Below, one piece after another: positions 20,431 to 30,256 of a DNA stretch of 64,000 nt (position 1 is the stretch's first letter; each line of letters begins with the position of its first letter). The notes beneath the pieces are model-generated. The model was not told the origin of the DNA. It was given only the letters and a program-made list of their open reading frames with translations, and ran no database searches. Made by a program: the position numbers and the translations under genes. The DNA is from a virus. The stretch is from positions 1 to 64,000 of the IMG/VR virus record IMGVR_UViG_3300035661_000025; one strand, 5' to 3'.

Positions 20431-21129
20431 ATGACAATTTTCGTAGATGCATCTTGGAGCACTACTAATTCACATGCTGGGTTTTATGTAGAATCAAAAA
20501 ATCATTTGTTGTCTATGCCAATTAAAGCAAGAACAAGTGTAAGAGCAGAAACAATTGCATGTTTATTGGCGTTAAGATATAAAAACTCAAAAGTATTAAC
20601 CGATTGTATGCCCGCTTATGATTACATAGCTACCAAATATCCAAAATATTGTGATAATTTGTCTTGGGTTCCTCGAAAACAAAATGCAATTGCAGACCGA
20701 TTATCTAGAATGTACGAGACAGTTCATGTTAAACCAGCTAAATCGAAACCTTTAGATTATCGTACTTATATTTTAACAAAATCAAATGACGAGAAATTAA
20801 ATCTTTATAAAAATTTAGCTACGGAATCATGGCAGTTTGAAATGGTAAAAGCTATTGAAAACCAATTCGTCGCAATTAAAACAAATCCAGATGCTATCTT
20901 TAAACACAAAGGAAAATTTTATTGCAATAATCCTTGGGTAAATTTGATTTGGATGACGAATGAACATAAAACTATTGGACGGGGCTTTTTTAAATTTCTT
21001 AAAAGCCGTGGACAACAAATGCAAACTCAATATAACGCCATTGAATTTAAAAATTTGTTAAATACCTTAAAACAAAAAAGAGAAGAATATGACAGACACA
21101 ATAGATCAACAAATGGAGAAATTATTTAA
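20431..21129 (+). CDS. RNase HI-like domain protein with C-terminal extension
   Basis: IFVDAS, AE, TDC, WVPRKQNAIADRLS. Confidence 0.75.
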   Translation: MTIFVDASWSTTNSHAGFYVESKNHLLSMPIKARTSVRAETIACLLALRYKNSKVLTDCMPAYDYIATKYPKYCDNLSWVPRKQNAIADRLSRMYETVHVKPAKSKPLDYRTYILTKSNDEKLNLYKNLATESWQFEMVKAIENQFVAIKTNPDAIFKHKGKFYCNNPWVNLIWMTNEHKTIGRGFFKFLKSRGQQMQTQYNAIEFKNLLNTLKQKREEYDRHNRSTNGEII

Positions 21130-21508
21130 GAAATATAACGACTTTGTCGTTTATGACTTAACTATTTTAGATAAAAAACTCCTTGAACTTCCCTTAATAA
21201 TATCTCATTATCAAAATTTATTTTACTCGATGCAGGCTAAATTAGATGAATATGATGCTCAAAAGGCAGAAATGTGGCAAGCTAAATATTTGTATTACAA
21301 ACATCAATTTGACCACGCGCTTAGTCACACCGAAATAAAGGTATTCATAGAGAGAGACCTTGAAGTTATAAATATTACAAGAAAAATGAATATAGTGAGG
21401 TTGATTGCTTCTAGAGCTGAAGATACTATAAAATCTCTTCGGGAATTTAGCTGGACCTTGAAACATTTGCTAGAATTTGAGAAATTCAAGGCTGGAATTG
21501 TAAATTAA
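21089..21508 (+). CDS. uvsY: Recombination mediator UvsY-like
   Basis: Helical 139 aa ending EFEKFKAG; adjacent to uvsW. Confidence 0.7.
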   Translation: MTDTIDQQMEKLFKKYNDFVVYDLTILDKKLLELPLIISHYQNLFYSMQAKLDEYDAQKAEMWQAKYLYYKHQFDHALSHTEIKVFIERDLEVINITRKMNIVRLIASRAEDTIKSLREFSWTLKHLLEFEKFKAGIVN

Positions 21509-21539
21509 TTCCAGAAAATAAACTATATTAAAACATAGT

Positions 21540-21547
21540 TATAAATA
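21540..21547 (+). promoter_or_regulatory. T4-type late promoter TATAAATA (representative)
   Basis: Also at 25130, 40086, 48095, 50599 (+) and 34048, 48091, 50084 (-); NATAAATA variants at 4286, 9359, 13431, 45801, 55091. Confidence 0.7.
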
Positions 21548-21670
21548 CTGATTCTAATTCAGATAATTCAAATGACTTCAACAATTCAAAAACATTATCT
21601 CACATCATTCAGCCGATTAGTTATTTGGCTAGATATTTTAAAAAAAAGTTATTTTATAAAAAGGCGTTAT

Positions 21671-23347
21671 ATGACGTTAAAAACTCAAGCTGTAAATGAA
21701 TCATATATTAAGGTATTTACAGATGATATAGAAATAAAAATCACTATTACAAATTTTCTTTCGGCTTATGCTGAAGGTTATCAATTTGCACCTAGCTTCA
21801 AAGCAGGTGTGTGGGATGGAAAAACTAAATTTTATAAACTAGCTCATGATGGGATTTTAGTGCCAAAAGGTTTGATTTTTCATTTGATAAAAGCTATGAA
21901 AAAACAAGATATAGAAATTGAGTATGAAGACCCCAGTGAATATGTAAAGACTAATCATGAAGAGTTTAATGAATTTATAAAAACGTTAAACCTGCCATTT
22001 GCTCCATATGATTATCAGATTGACACTTGTGTTACTTTTATTAATAAGGGAAGATTGACAGCTCAATTAGCTACAGGTGCTGGAAAATCATTGGTAGTAT
22101 ATATGTTATCAATGTTTTTTAAATCACATGATATGAAAACATTAGTAATAGTTCCAAACGTCTCTTTGACTAATCAAATAAGATCAGATTTTGATGATTA
22201 TGGGTTTAAAGAGCCAGAAAATATTCATTTGATTTCTGCAGGTATTGAGAAACATCTTAGATGTCCTATCACCATAAGCACATGGCAGAGTTTATATAAT
22301 TATCCTCACTTATTATCAGATGCGGATGTTATAATTGTAGATGAAGCTCACCAAGCAAAATCTGAAGTGTTTACTGAAATAATTTTACCAGCTAGTGTTA
22401 ATTGTAAATATAGATTAGGATTATCTGGAACCATTGTGGATTTAACATATGCAGATAGAATGAATCTGATTGGATCTATAGGACCAAATGTTAAGATAAT
22501 AAACTCACAAGGATTGATAGATAGAGGATTGGCTACACCCGTTCAGATAAATTGTTTATTTTTCAACTATTCTGAAGAGGAGAAAAAACTCTTCAAAAAC
22601 CTTGATTATAAAAAAGAAGTAAAAGCTTTAGAAGGTCATGAGCGTAGAAATAAAATGTTAGCCAAAATGACTAACAAGATAGCTAATTCAGGGAACACTA
22701 TATTATTATTTAACACAATTGCACATGGAAAATGGTTAATGGAATTGTTGCTTCAAGATAAATTCGGACTAGAAGATCTTGTGTTTTTAGAAAAAGGAAC
22801 CCCGCAAGCAGTTAAAGCTTTAATAAAAGATGGAACGTTACCTTTGAAAATTTTCACAAATACAGACTTTGATGAAAAACAAAGAAAATCTGTAATAAAC
22901 ACATTAGTGAAAAACAATATACCGGCTTCTTATATAGATAGATTCGATTCTTTAGAAAAATATGACATTTATATGATTTATGGAGCAATTGAAGGTGAAG
23001 AACGTGAACGAATTAGAAAACTTTTAGAACATAAAGAAAATGCTATTATTGTAGCTAACTATGCAACTATGTCTACAGGAGTAAATATAAAACGACTTCA
23101 TAACATAATATTGGGAGCACCTGTAAAAAGCTCCATTAGATTAAGACAAACCGTAGGCCGTGGATTAAGACTCCATTCAGAAAAAGAAGTCATGAAATTG
23201 TGGGATATAACTGATGATTTTTCGACAAAATCAAAAACGGGAAAGACTACAAATAAGAATCACACATTAAAACATTTTGAATCTCGGCTTCTTGTGTATC
23301 AAGAAGATGGTTTTCCGATGGTAGAAAAAGAAGTAAAAATTTCGTAA
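21671..23347 (+). CDS. uvsW: UvsW SF2 helicase
   Basis: WDGK, ATGAGKS, DEAH, GLSGT, STGVNI, QTVGRGLR. Confidence 0.93.
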   Translation: MTLKTQAVNESYIKVFTDDIEIKITITNFLSAYAEGYQFAPSFKAGVWDGKTKFYKLAHDGILVPKGLIFHLIKAMKKQDIEIEYEDPSEYVKTNHEEFNEFIKTLNLPFAPYDYQIDTCVTFINKGRLTAQLATGAGKSLVVYMLSMFFKSHDMKTLVIVPNVSLTNQIRSDFDDYGFKEPENIHLISAGIEKHLRCPITISTWQSLYNYPHLLSDADVIIVDEAHQAKSEVFTEIILPASVNCKYRLGLSGTIVDLTYADRMNLIGSIGPNVKIINSQGLIDRGLATPVQINCLFFNYSEEEKKLFKNLDYKKEVKALEGHERRNKMLAKMTNKIANSGNTILLFNTIAHGKWLMELLLQDKFGLEDLVFLEKGTPQAVKALIKDGTLPLKIFTNTDFDEKQRKSVINTLVKNNIPASYIDRFDSLEKYDIYMIYGAIEGEERERIRKLLEHKENAIIVANYATMSTGVNIKRLHNIILGAPVKSSIRLRQTVGRGLRLHSEKEVMKLWDITDDFSTKSKTGKTTNKNHTLKHFESRLLVYQEDGFPMVEKEVKIS

Positions 23348-23358
23348 AGGTAAAAAAC

Positions 23359-23610
23359 ATGAAGGCATTTGGAGATAAAATATTCGTAAAAGTTTTTGAG
23401 AAAGATGAAGTTACTTCATCTGGTATAATGCTTGTATCGAAAAGTAAGAAAGAAACACCTAGATTTGGAAAAGTAGTTAGCGTAGGTGATTTGGTCACTG
23501 AAGTATCAGAAAATGATATAGTGTCTTTCGGTAATTATGCATTAAAAAATCCTGTAAATGATCTATATGCTATGGTTATGGAAGATATTTTTGGTTACTT
23601 TAAAGTTTAA
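23359..23610 (+). CDS. GroES-like co-chaperonin
   Basis: TSSGI mobile loop, GKVVSVG, EDIFG. Confidence 0.85.
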   Translation: MKAFGDKIFVKVFEKDEVTSSGIMLVSKSKKETPRFGKVVSVGDLVTEVSENDIVSFGNYALKNPVNDLYAMVMEDIFGYFKV

Positions 23611-23639
23611 TATGTTATAATAAAGAAAAAAGGAACTCA

Positions 23640-23858
23640 ATGCAGTTGATTCTAAAAAATCTTCAGTATTTTCTACCAATGTTTTTATTATACATGTTGA
23701 ATTTGTTATTAGTGGGAATCATAGTAACTAATACAATGTTAGTTGGATTTGATCCATCACCATTAACAGAAATTGTTTTGTTAGGTGTAGCTTTTCCTCC
23801 TTTAGGTGTAATTTTAGGTGCATGGGAATTTGGATTTTTAATTCAAACAATGTTTTGA
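23640..23858 (+). CDS. Small membrane protein
   Basis: 2 TM, FPPLGVILG. Confidence 0.55.
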   Translation: MQLILKNLQYFLPMFLLYMLNLLLVGIIVTNTMLVGFDPSPLTEIVLLGVAFPPLGVILGAWEFGFLIQTMF

Positions 23859-23922
23859 TTTAAACAAAGTCTAAGCAAAATAATGATATAATTATTACAT
23901 ATAAAAAGACAAAAGGATAGAT

Positions 23923-24207
23923 ATGGCGATCTCAATCAATGTAGGTATTGTAACTAATCTAGAAAAAGACATCCGAAATTATGCACAAACTCTTTTAGAT
24001 GGTTCAAAATTAAGTGGGTTGGCTGAAGCGTTCAGCGCAAGTTTAAAAGTTACAAACACAAGGAATGTAAAAACAATCACTGCAGAATATGTGAAAAAAG
24101 TTGCCGATGATTTAATTTCACAAGGTATGCCAAAAGTTTCAGCCAAATCAATGGCTAAAAAATATGTTGAAGATCAAGTTAATGATATTATGAACAAAAT
24201 CAACTAA
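23923..24207 (+). CDS. Hypothetical early protein
   Basis: Promoter at 23884, AAGGA RBS. Confidence 0.6.
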   Translation: MAISINVGIVTNLEKDIRNYAQTLLDGSKLSGLAEAFSASLKVTNTRNVKTITAEYVKKVADDLISQGMPKVSAKSMAKKYVEDQVNDIMNKIN

Positions 24208-24221
24208 TTTAGTTCAACAAA

Positions 24222-24304
24222 TCCTCTTAAACCCTCCAGATAGACAGACTTCAAAAATAAGGGTTAATTTTTAACCCTCCTCTTAAACACTCCAGATAGA
24301 CAGA
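24222..24304. repeat. 27-nt direct repeat x2 separated by a 29-nt hairpin-bearing spacer
   Basis: TCCTCTTAAACMCTCCAGATAGACAGA at 24222-24248 and 24278-24304 (1 mismatch). Confidence 0.9.
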
Positions 24305-24416
24305 TTTATTACTAATCAGACCTAATTACGGTTCCTTTCCAAATATCATGCTTGAGCCTTTATCGTCTAGGCGATGTAAAGTCTCAACAATTTTATTTTA
24401 CGTTTAAGGAGTTATA

Positions 24417-25118
24417 TTGTTAGGAAAAAAAGTACAAGCAATATTGAGCGATTTGGCATCAATTTCAACCGCAGCAATTATTGATTATCCTATTACAGGT
24501 ATTCAAGATTCAGGCAAATCTATGGTAGCATTTATTGATCTTTCTCAATTTGGAGAAGACAAATTTGAGAAATTTGGGATCTTTAATCTTACAGAGCTTT
24601 TGTCAATCTTGGGTGTAGTAGACAATGCTGATGTTAAGATGAAAGACGGTGTTATCTCAATTTCAAATGATAACAGTTCTATCAAATATTTTACAACAAA
24701 CATTGATCTTTTGAGTCAATCATTTTCAGCTAATCCAAAAATCCCAGAAAATATCAAAGCGGCACCTACAGCAATGAGTTTTACATTAGAATCAAATGTT
24801 TTGGAAAAATTGAAAAAAACATCAGCTCTTATGAAGTTGGAACATTTGGTCGTAGAAACACAATCAGAAGATGGTATTCAATTAACAATCACTGGAATCA
24901 ATAAAGATTCATCTAATAATTTCAAAATCAAAGTAGCTAATGCGAGAAATGAAGGTTCTCACAAAATTATTCTTGATATGGAAAATATCAAAAAATTGCC
25001 AGCAGGTAACTATAGTGTAAAAGTAGCACAAAATGCTAAAACTAAAAGCTATATCACAATGTTTAGTTCAAATGACATTCCAAGTTTGGAAGTAGTGGTA
25101 AACGTGGTTTCTGAATAA
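24417..25118 (+). CDS. Sliding clamp (gp45)
   Basis: FGIFNLTELLSIL, MENIKKLPAGNYSVKV; size; AAGGAG RBS with TTG start. Confidence 0.85.
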   Translation: MLGKKVQAILSDLASISTAAIIDYPITGIQDSGKSMVAFIDLSQFGEDKFEKFGIFNLTELLSILGVVDNADVKMKDGVISISNDNSSIKYFTTNIDLLSQSFSANPKIPENIKAAPTAMSFTLESNVLEKLKKTSALMKLEHLVVETQSEDGIQLTITGINKDSSNNFKIKVANARNEGSHKIILDMENIKKLPAGNYSVKVAQNAKTKSYITMFSSNDIPSLEVVVNVVSE

Positions 25119-25262
25119 GATTTAAAAAATATAAATAAAATGATTACATAAAAGGAGACATCCAAAAATGTAAAAACATTTATTTACGTTGAACCCGTTT
25201 TAAAAAAGAGTTGATATTTTATATCCGTTAAAAATCGTTTAATAATCGTTAAGGAAACACAC

Positions 25263-26213
25263 ATGGTAAATTTATTTGAAGAATCATTTGAAGGTCTAGA
25301 AAAAAATATTGCAGATCATGCAAAAAACAACAAGAAAACTTTTGCTCCAGATGAAAGAGAATGGAAATTGACAAGAGATGATAATGATGAAGGACAAGCA
25401 ATTATTCGCTTGATTCCAGACAAAACTGGTAAACCATTTACTAAGGTTTACAATCATTCATTTGGTATTTTCAACAAAGCTAGAAATAAAAAATTATGGT
25501 ACATTGAAGACAGCCCATCTACAATTGGTCAACCTTGTCCAGTTTCAGAATATTGGGCTGAATTGAATTCTATTGGAACAGAAGAAGCTAAAGAAGAAGC
25601 TAAATTGTTCAGTCGTAAAGTAAACTATATCACAAACGTTTACATTGTAAAAGATCCAGCTTGTCCTGCAAATGAAGGAAAAGTTTTCTATTGGAAATTT
25701 GGTACAAAATTGTATGACAAATTCATGGCAACATTGAACCCATCAGAAAAAGATTTGGCAATGGGTGAAACCGCAATTCCATTGTGGAATGCATTGAAAG
25801 GTGCTAATATCAAATTGAAAATCAAAAAAGCTGCGGGTGGATTTTTGAATTATGATGATACAACAATTATGGCACCTAGCGCATGTTTTGATTCTAAAGA
25901 AGAAGCTACAGATGTAATTGTTAATCAAACAATCGAATTATCTGAATTTGAAAGCCCTTCTCATTTCAAAACTTATGAAGAATTGAGTGATAAATTGGCA
26001 TTCGTTTTGGGCAAAAAAGATGGAACTAAAACAACAAAAACCACTCCAAAAAAAGAACCAAGCATTGATACTGGATTAGATGATTTAGATGATATTGTTG
26101 AAAAAGCGGCGTCTAAAAAATCAGATGAAGAACCAGTACCAAAAGCAAAAAAAGAGAAAGAAAAAGAACCTGAATCAGATGATGATGATCTTGATTTCTT
26201 AAATGGACTGTAA
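25263..26213 (+). CDS. Single-stranded DNA-binding protein (gp32)
   Basis: DEREWKL, IIRLIP, WYIEDSPST, CPV, VKDPA, acidic tail. Confidence 0.95.
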   Translation: MVNLFEESFEGLEKNIADHAKNNKKTFAPDEREWKLTRDDNDEGQAIIRLIPDKTGKPFTKVYNHSFGIFNKARNKKLWYIEDSPSTIGQPCPVSEYWAELNSIGTEEAKEEAKLFSRKVNYITNVYIVKDPACPANEGKVFYWKFGTKLYDKFMATLNPSEKDLAMGETAIPLWNALKGANIKLKIKKAAGGFLNYDDTTIMAPSACFDSKEEATDVIVNQTIELSEFESPSHFKTYEELSDKLAFVLGKKDGTKTTKTTPKKEPSIDTGLDDLDDIVEKAASKKSDEEPVPKAKKEKEKEPESDDDDLDFLNGL

Positions 26214-26242
26214 TAGTCCATTAATTTAATAGAAAGGCGAAA

Positions 26243-27340
26243 ATGATCTTAGTAGACTATTCGCATTTATCTTCACGGAATTTGTACACTGCATTATCAC
26301 AAGCAAAACCTAAAAAAGATAAAGAAACAAAAAAGTTTTTAACCGAAGATTTCATACAATTTTATAAACATTTAATGCTAAATTCCCTGAGATTAATTCA
26401 GAAAAAATATCAAAAAATGTATGGTGAAATAGTGTTGTGTTTAGATGTTCGTGGCACTAACTGGAGAAAAGAAATATTTCCAGATTACAAAGCGCAGCGA
26501 GCAAAAGGTCGCGAAGAATCTGATATAGATTTTGAAAGTTTTTATAAAGAATCTAATAAATTTGTAGAAGAAATTGGTCAAATATTCCCATATAAAATCC
26601 TTGGAGTTCCAGGAGCAGAAGCTGATGATATTATAGCAACTTTGGCAAAATACTCTAAAGAAGCTACTTTAGTAATCTCATCAGATAAAGACTTTAAACA
26701 ACTATTATCATTAAACAATGTTGAGTTGTATGATCCGATTAAACTTAAAAAAATAACTATGTCAAAAAATGAATTATCAAAATGGATGACTGAACATATT
26801 TTGTTAGGAGATTCTTCTGATAATGTTCCTAATATAAAACAAGGAACAGAATTCAGCGATGCATTTTTAGCATACATCAAATCCAAAGACATTCATGTAT
26901 CTAAAGTTGACGAATTTAACAAATTGACCATTTCAAAAAAATTATATAGCGAATTTACTGTAGAAAAGAAATTTAAATCAGGACCTAATAAAGGTAAACC
27001 TACAGGAGAATTAGATATATTCAAAACTGTTCCTTTTGGAGAAAAAGCTGTTGAGAAATTTGCATTCGATCTTAAGGAAAGTTTAAAAGAGCATCCAATG
27101 TATCAGGTTAATTATGACCGAAATAAAACATTGGTTTTATTTTCAGAAATTCCTAAAAAAATTGAAGATGCAATCATAAAAAGTTTCTCAGAAACAGAAT
27201 TGTGTTACAACAAAAATAAATTACTTATGTTTTTGGGTGAAAACAATCTAGTAGAATTAGCTAGAAATGTCTCTGATTTTTATCTAGATGAAAATCAATT
27301 TAACGTAACAGAAAGTTCCAGTCTTGATGATTGGTTATAA
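26243..27340 (+). CDS. rnh: T4 RNase H / 5'-3' exonuclease
   Basis: MILVD, YKAQR, EADDII, SSDKDF, GDSSDNVP. Confidence 0.92.
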   Translation: MILVDYSHLSSRNLYTALSQAKPKKDKETKKFLTEDFIQFYKHLMLNSLRLIQKKYQKMYGEIVLCLDVRGTNWRKEIFPDYKAQRAKGREESDIDFESFYKESNKFVEEIGQIFPYKILGVPGAEADDIIATLAKYSKEATLVISSDKDFKQLLSLNNVELYDPIKLKKITMSKNELSKWMTEHILLGDSSDNVPNIKQGTEFSDAFLAYIKSKDIHVSKVDEFNKLTISKKLYSEFTVEKKFKSGPNKGKPTGELDIFKTVPFGEKAVEKFAFDLKESLKEHPMYQVNYDRNKTLVLFSEIPKKIEDAIIKSFSETELCYNKNKLLMFLGENNLVELARNVSDFYLDENQFNVTESSSLDDWL

Positions 27341-27381
27341 AAATAATGTTAAAAGCTGATGATAATTACTCAGTTAAAGGT

Positions 27382-27405
27382 GATCAAAGAAACGGTTCTT
27401 TGATC
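27382..27405 (+). terminator. Perfect 10-bp hairpin after rnh
   Basis: GATCAAAGAA-ACGG-TTCTTTGATC; no long U tail. Confidence 0.4.
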
Positions 27406-27469
27406 TTCATGAAATGGATTGTTTAAAGACAGTTCATATAAACAATTAAAATTAAAAAAAGGTATAAAA

Positions 27470-27679
27470 ATGGAAGAAAAAGTATTTGTATTAGACGGCG
27501 TTACATATGAAACAGAGAGTTTGCCGGAGCAAGCAAAACAAGTATTTGCTACAATTATTCAAGTTCAAGAAAAACAACGTCTTGAAAATATTATCCATAG
27601 CGCAGCTATTCAAGCATTAACAATTGAATTGTCATCTTTGAAAGATCAATTCACTGTAGCAACTCCTCAAGAAGATTGA
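27470..27679 (+). CDS. Small hypothetical protein
   Basis: AAAGG RBS; LDGVTYETESLPEQAK. Confidence 0.6.
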   Translation: MEEKVFVLDGVTYETESLPEQAKQVFATIIQVQEKQRLENIIHSAAIQALTIELSSLKDQFTVATPQED

Positions 27680-28110
27680 TCTTCAAATTTCTTTATAATA
27701 TGTTCTACAACTTTAGGTTTTAACCACACTTTTCGGTGTGGATTAAAATATGGTGTATAATCAAAATAATGATGAGCTTGGGTTAATTCAATTAAAACAT
27801 AAATTTCAGTTTGATCTTTATAATCATTGATTAATTTTAAAGTAACATCATCTAACTCATCTTTGATGGGTACTTTTTGTTTAGGATTAACTACATTAAA
27901 TGCATTTATTAAATTATTAATGCTGAATTTTATACCCTGAATAATCGCTATTTCAAAGCAAGCGAAAGCTATTTCATATGAGTTAATTTCATTAAATCGT
28001 GTGGATTCATAAAATAACTTTTTAAGATTAGTTTCAGATAATTCATTCTTATGAGATTTATAATACTCCGTATTCATAAACTCCATTAATATCAAATCAA
28101 ATCGTTTCAA
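27667..28110 (-). CDS. Late hypothetical protein
   Basis: Minus-strand AATAAATA at 28137-28144; AAGGA RBS; MKRFDLILME. Confidence 0.55.
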   Translation of the reverse strand: MKRFDLILMEFMNTEYYKSHKNELSETNLKKLFYESTRFNEINSYEIAFACFEIAIIQGIKFSINNLINAFNVVNPKQKVPIKDELDDVTLKLINDYKDQTEIYVLIELTQAHHYFDYTPYFNPHRKVWLKPKVVEHIIKKFEDQSS

Positions 28111-28154
28111 GTTAATCCTTTTAATTATATTAAATTTATTTATTAAGGTATAAA

Positions 28155-29849
28155 ATGAAAATTTTCTTAAGCATCATCCCAGCAGTTCTATCGGCTGAGA
28201 TTTTGACATTAGATCCAGTACTTGTAGAATCAACTACATATTCACCAATTTCTGAGTATAGAGACAATAAAGTTGATTTTAGCGCTATACAAACTAAAAT
28301 GAACATTCAACAAACTGCACCTGGAATGTATAGCCCGGTAATTCAAGGTCTTCAAGGCGAATTAGTTGGAGTGAAATTTGAAGATGTTATTATGAATAAC
28401 TCAAATTTTAGAAGTGGTCCAAATCAATATTTTTCATGGATACCAAATGAATTTGTAGATTACAAATTGGAAGCAGGCAATGCAATTGGGTTAAGTGTAG
28501 ACTCTCACATTACAGATGTTTCTCAAGTTTATGCAGAATATAGTTCATATGACCAAGGTAGAAAATTAATTGCTACAAAAAAATATGATAACACAACTGT
28601 AGGTTTGAAGTTATATAAAACTGGCGATTATAATAATATTGAACATACTGCATATAACCAAGATGCATTCTTTGTCAAAAATATCACTGGAAACAATACT
28701 TTTATCGCTTTATATAGCACATCATCAGATATTGACCGATTAGATAAATTTATTCAAAGAAAACCATATACATATCTTGACCAAGATTATGTTTTTATCA
28801 AAGATTCATACAAACTAACTAACAACGATACAGTTACAGGAAGTTATCAAAGATTCGTAGAAAATGTAAACGATAATGGAAAAGAAGTTGATTCTACTAA
28901 TAACGTTTATGGAGCTCAATATGTTCATAAATTTGAATCCGGAATTAGCGTTAAATTAATGGATTCATATGAAGATCTTATGTATAATCAAAAAGATTTC
29001 ACTTATAATACAACAACGGCCGGAATTAGTTATAAAAACGAATTATTTGGCATTAAATTGAAATCAAATATTGATGGCATATGGGCTCAAACTACAGACA
29101 AGCAAGATGATGTTACCAAGAATTTTAACACATATAGTTACAATATAGAATTGCAAAAAAATATTGTATATGGAAGTGTAAGAGGTGGATATAAGCTTCC
29201 TACAGCTAACAATCTTTATTATTCAAGAACCACAGGAAAAGGAAATGATGTACCAAATGCGTCATTAATTCCAGAAACATCAAAAACATATTCTTTAGGT
29301 ATTAAAGATGTAATTGATGATTTTACCTACAACATCAGTGGTTATTATATGTATCTTGATAATGCAATATCAAGTGTTAAAGTCGGAAATATATCAGGGG
29401 TAGATCAATATCAAGCCCAAAATGTTGGAGACGGCATGGTTAAAGGTGCTGATGTTACCTTGACATATGATAAAGATTTGTTCGGTTCATTATTTAATTT
29501 TCAATATGTGTATGGAGAAGATGGTTCAGATTATATGAGTAAAATCACTCCGTGGAAAATTTATTGGAAAAATGAGTACAATCATTATTTTGTAACTTGG
29601 AATTATGCTCATAAAGGAATTCACTTATCTAAATCAGATATGAATGATGTAAGAATTGTAAATCCAACTTACAATGAGTACAATAATAAAGGATATAACA
29701 CTATAGATATTGGTTATTCTAATAATTATAATAAATGGTTATATGGAATAACATTTAACAATATATTCAATAATGATGGAAGAGCAATGGGTTCATCAGT
29801 TGATGTTCCAGAACGTAGTGTAAATATTAGATTAGGATATGCTTTTTAA
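28155..29849 (+). CDS. TonB-dependent outer-membrane receptor
   Basis: Signal peptide, TonB box LDPVLVES, plug QQTAPG..SPVIQG..FRSGPNQY, PETSKTYSLG, NNIFN, terminal LGYAF. Confidence 0.88.
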   Translation: MKIFLSIIPAVLSAEILTLDPVLVESTTYSPISEYRDNKVDFSAIQTKMNIQQTAPGMYSPVIQGLQGELVGVKFEDVIMNNSNFRSGPNQYFSWIPNEFVDYKLEAGNAIGLSVDSHITDVSQVYAEYSSYDQGRKLIATKKYDNTTVGLKLYKTGDYNNIEHTAYNQDAFFVKNITGNNTFIALYSTSSDIDRLDKFIQRKPYTYLDQDYVFIKDSYKLTNNDTVTGSYQRFVENVNDNGKEVDSTNNVYGAQYVHKFESGISVKLMDSYEDLMYNQKDFTYNTTTAGISYKNELFGIKLKSNIDGIWAQTTDKQDDVTKNFNTYSYNIELQKNIVYGSVRGGYKLPTANNLYYSRTTGKGNDVPNASLIPETSKTYSLGIKDVIDDFTYNISGYYMYLDNAISSVKVGNISGVDQYQAQNVGDGMVKGADVTLTYDKDLFGSLFNFQYVYGEDGSDYMSKITPWKIYWKNEYNHYFVTWNYAHKGIHLSKSDMNDVRIVNPTYNEYNNKGYNTIDIGYSNNYNKWLYGITFNNIFNNDGRAMGSSVDVPERSVNIRLGYAF

Positions 29850-29868
29850 AGATAGTTTAAAGTTATTC

Positions 29869-29910
29869 TGATATAATTATTGTATAAAAAGAAAAGAAGG
29901 ATAGAAAATG
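29869..29910 (+). repeat. 42-bp promoter+RBS+ATG cassette, copy 1
   Basis: Identical to 38286-38327. Confidence 0.9.
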
Positions 29911-30207
29911 TCAGATAAAATCATCACACAAACAGGTTGGAGTAAATCAAATAAGGGAAATCTTAATAAAATTGATCCAACTGTTTTAAAAGAATTTTGG
30001 GCTAGCATATCAGTTGAATGGAAAAAAGAAACTCTTCTTGAAATTGCGGAAACATTTCGTAGCAAAATAAATGTGGATCGTTTTATTTTATCAATCAATA
30101 AAACGAGCAGCTCAACAAAACTTGATGAAATCATGACTAATTTGTATCTTTGTTCAGAAGATATGTCTACGTTTGGATCTAAGAAAAAATATAACTCACG
30201 TTATTAA
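29908..30207 (+). CDS. Hypothetical early protein
   Basis: Promoter/RBS cassette. Confidence 0.6.
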   Translation: MSDKIITQTGWSKSNKGNLNKIDPTVLKEFWASISVEWKKETLLEIAETFRSKINVDRFILSINKTSSSTKLDEIMTNLYLCSEDMSTFGSKKKYNSRY

Positions 30208-30256
30208 TTAAGATTTAATGTTCTTATGATATAATATACAAAAAGAAGGATAGATT

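Noticed and set aside
24222-24304. Bona fide CRISPR array
   Set aside because: Only two repeats, the palindrome is in the spacer rather than the repeat, and no adjacent cas genes; kept as an unexplained repeat.
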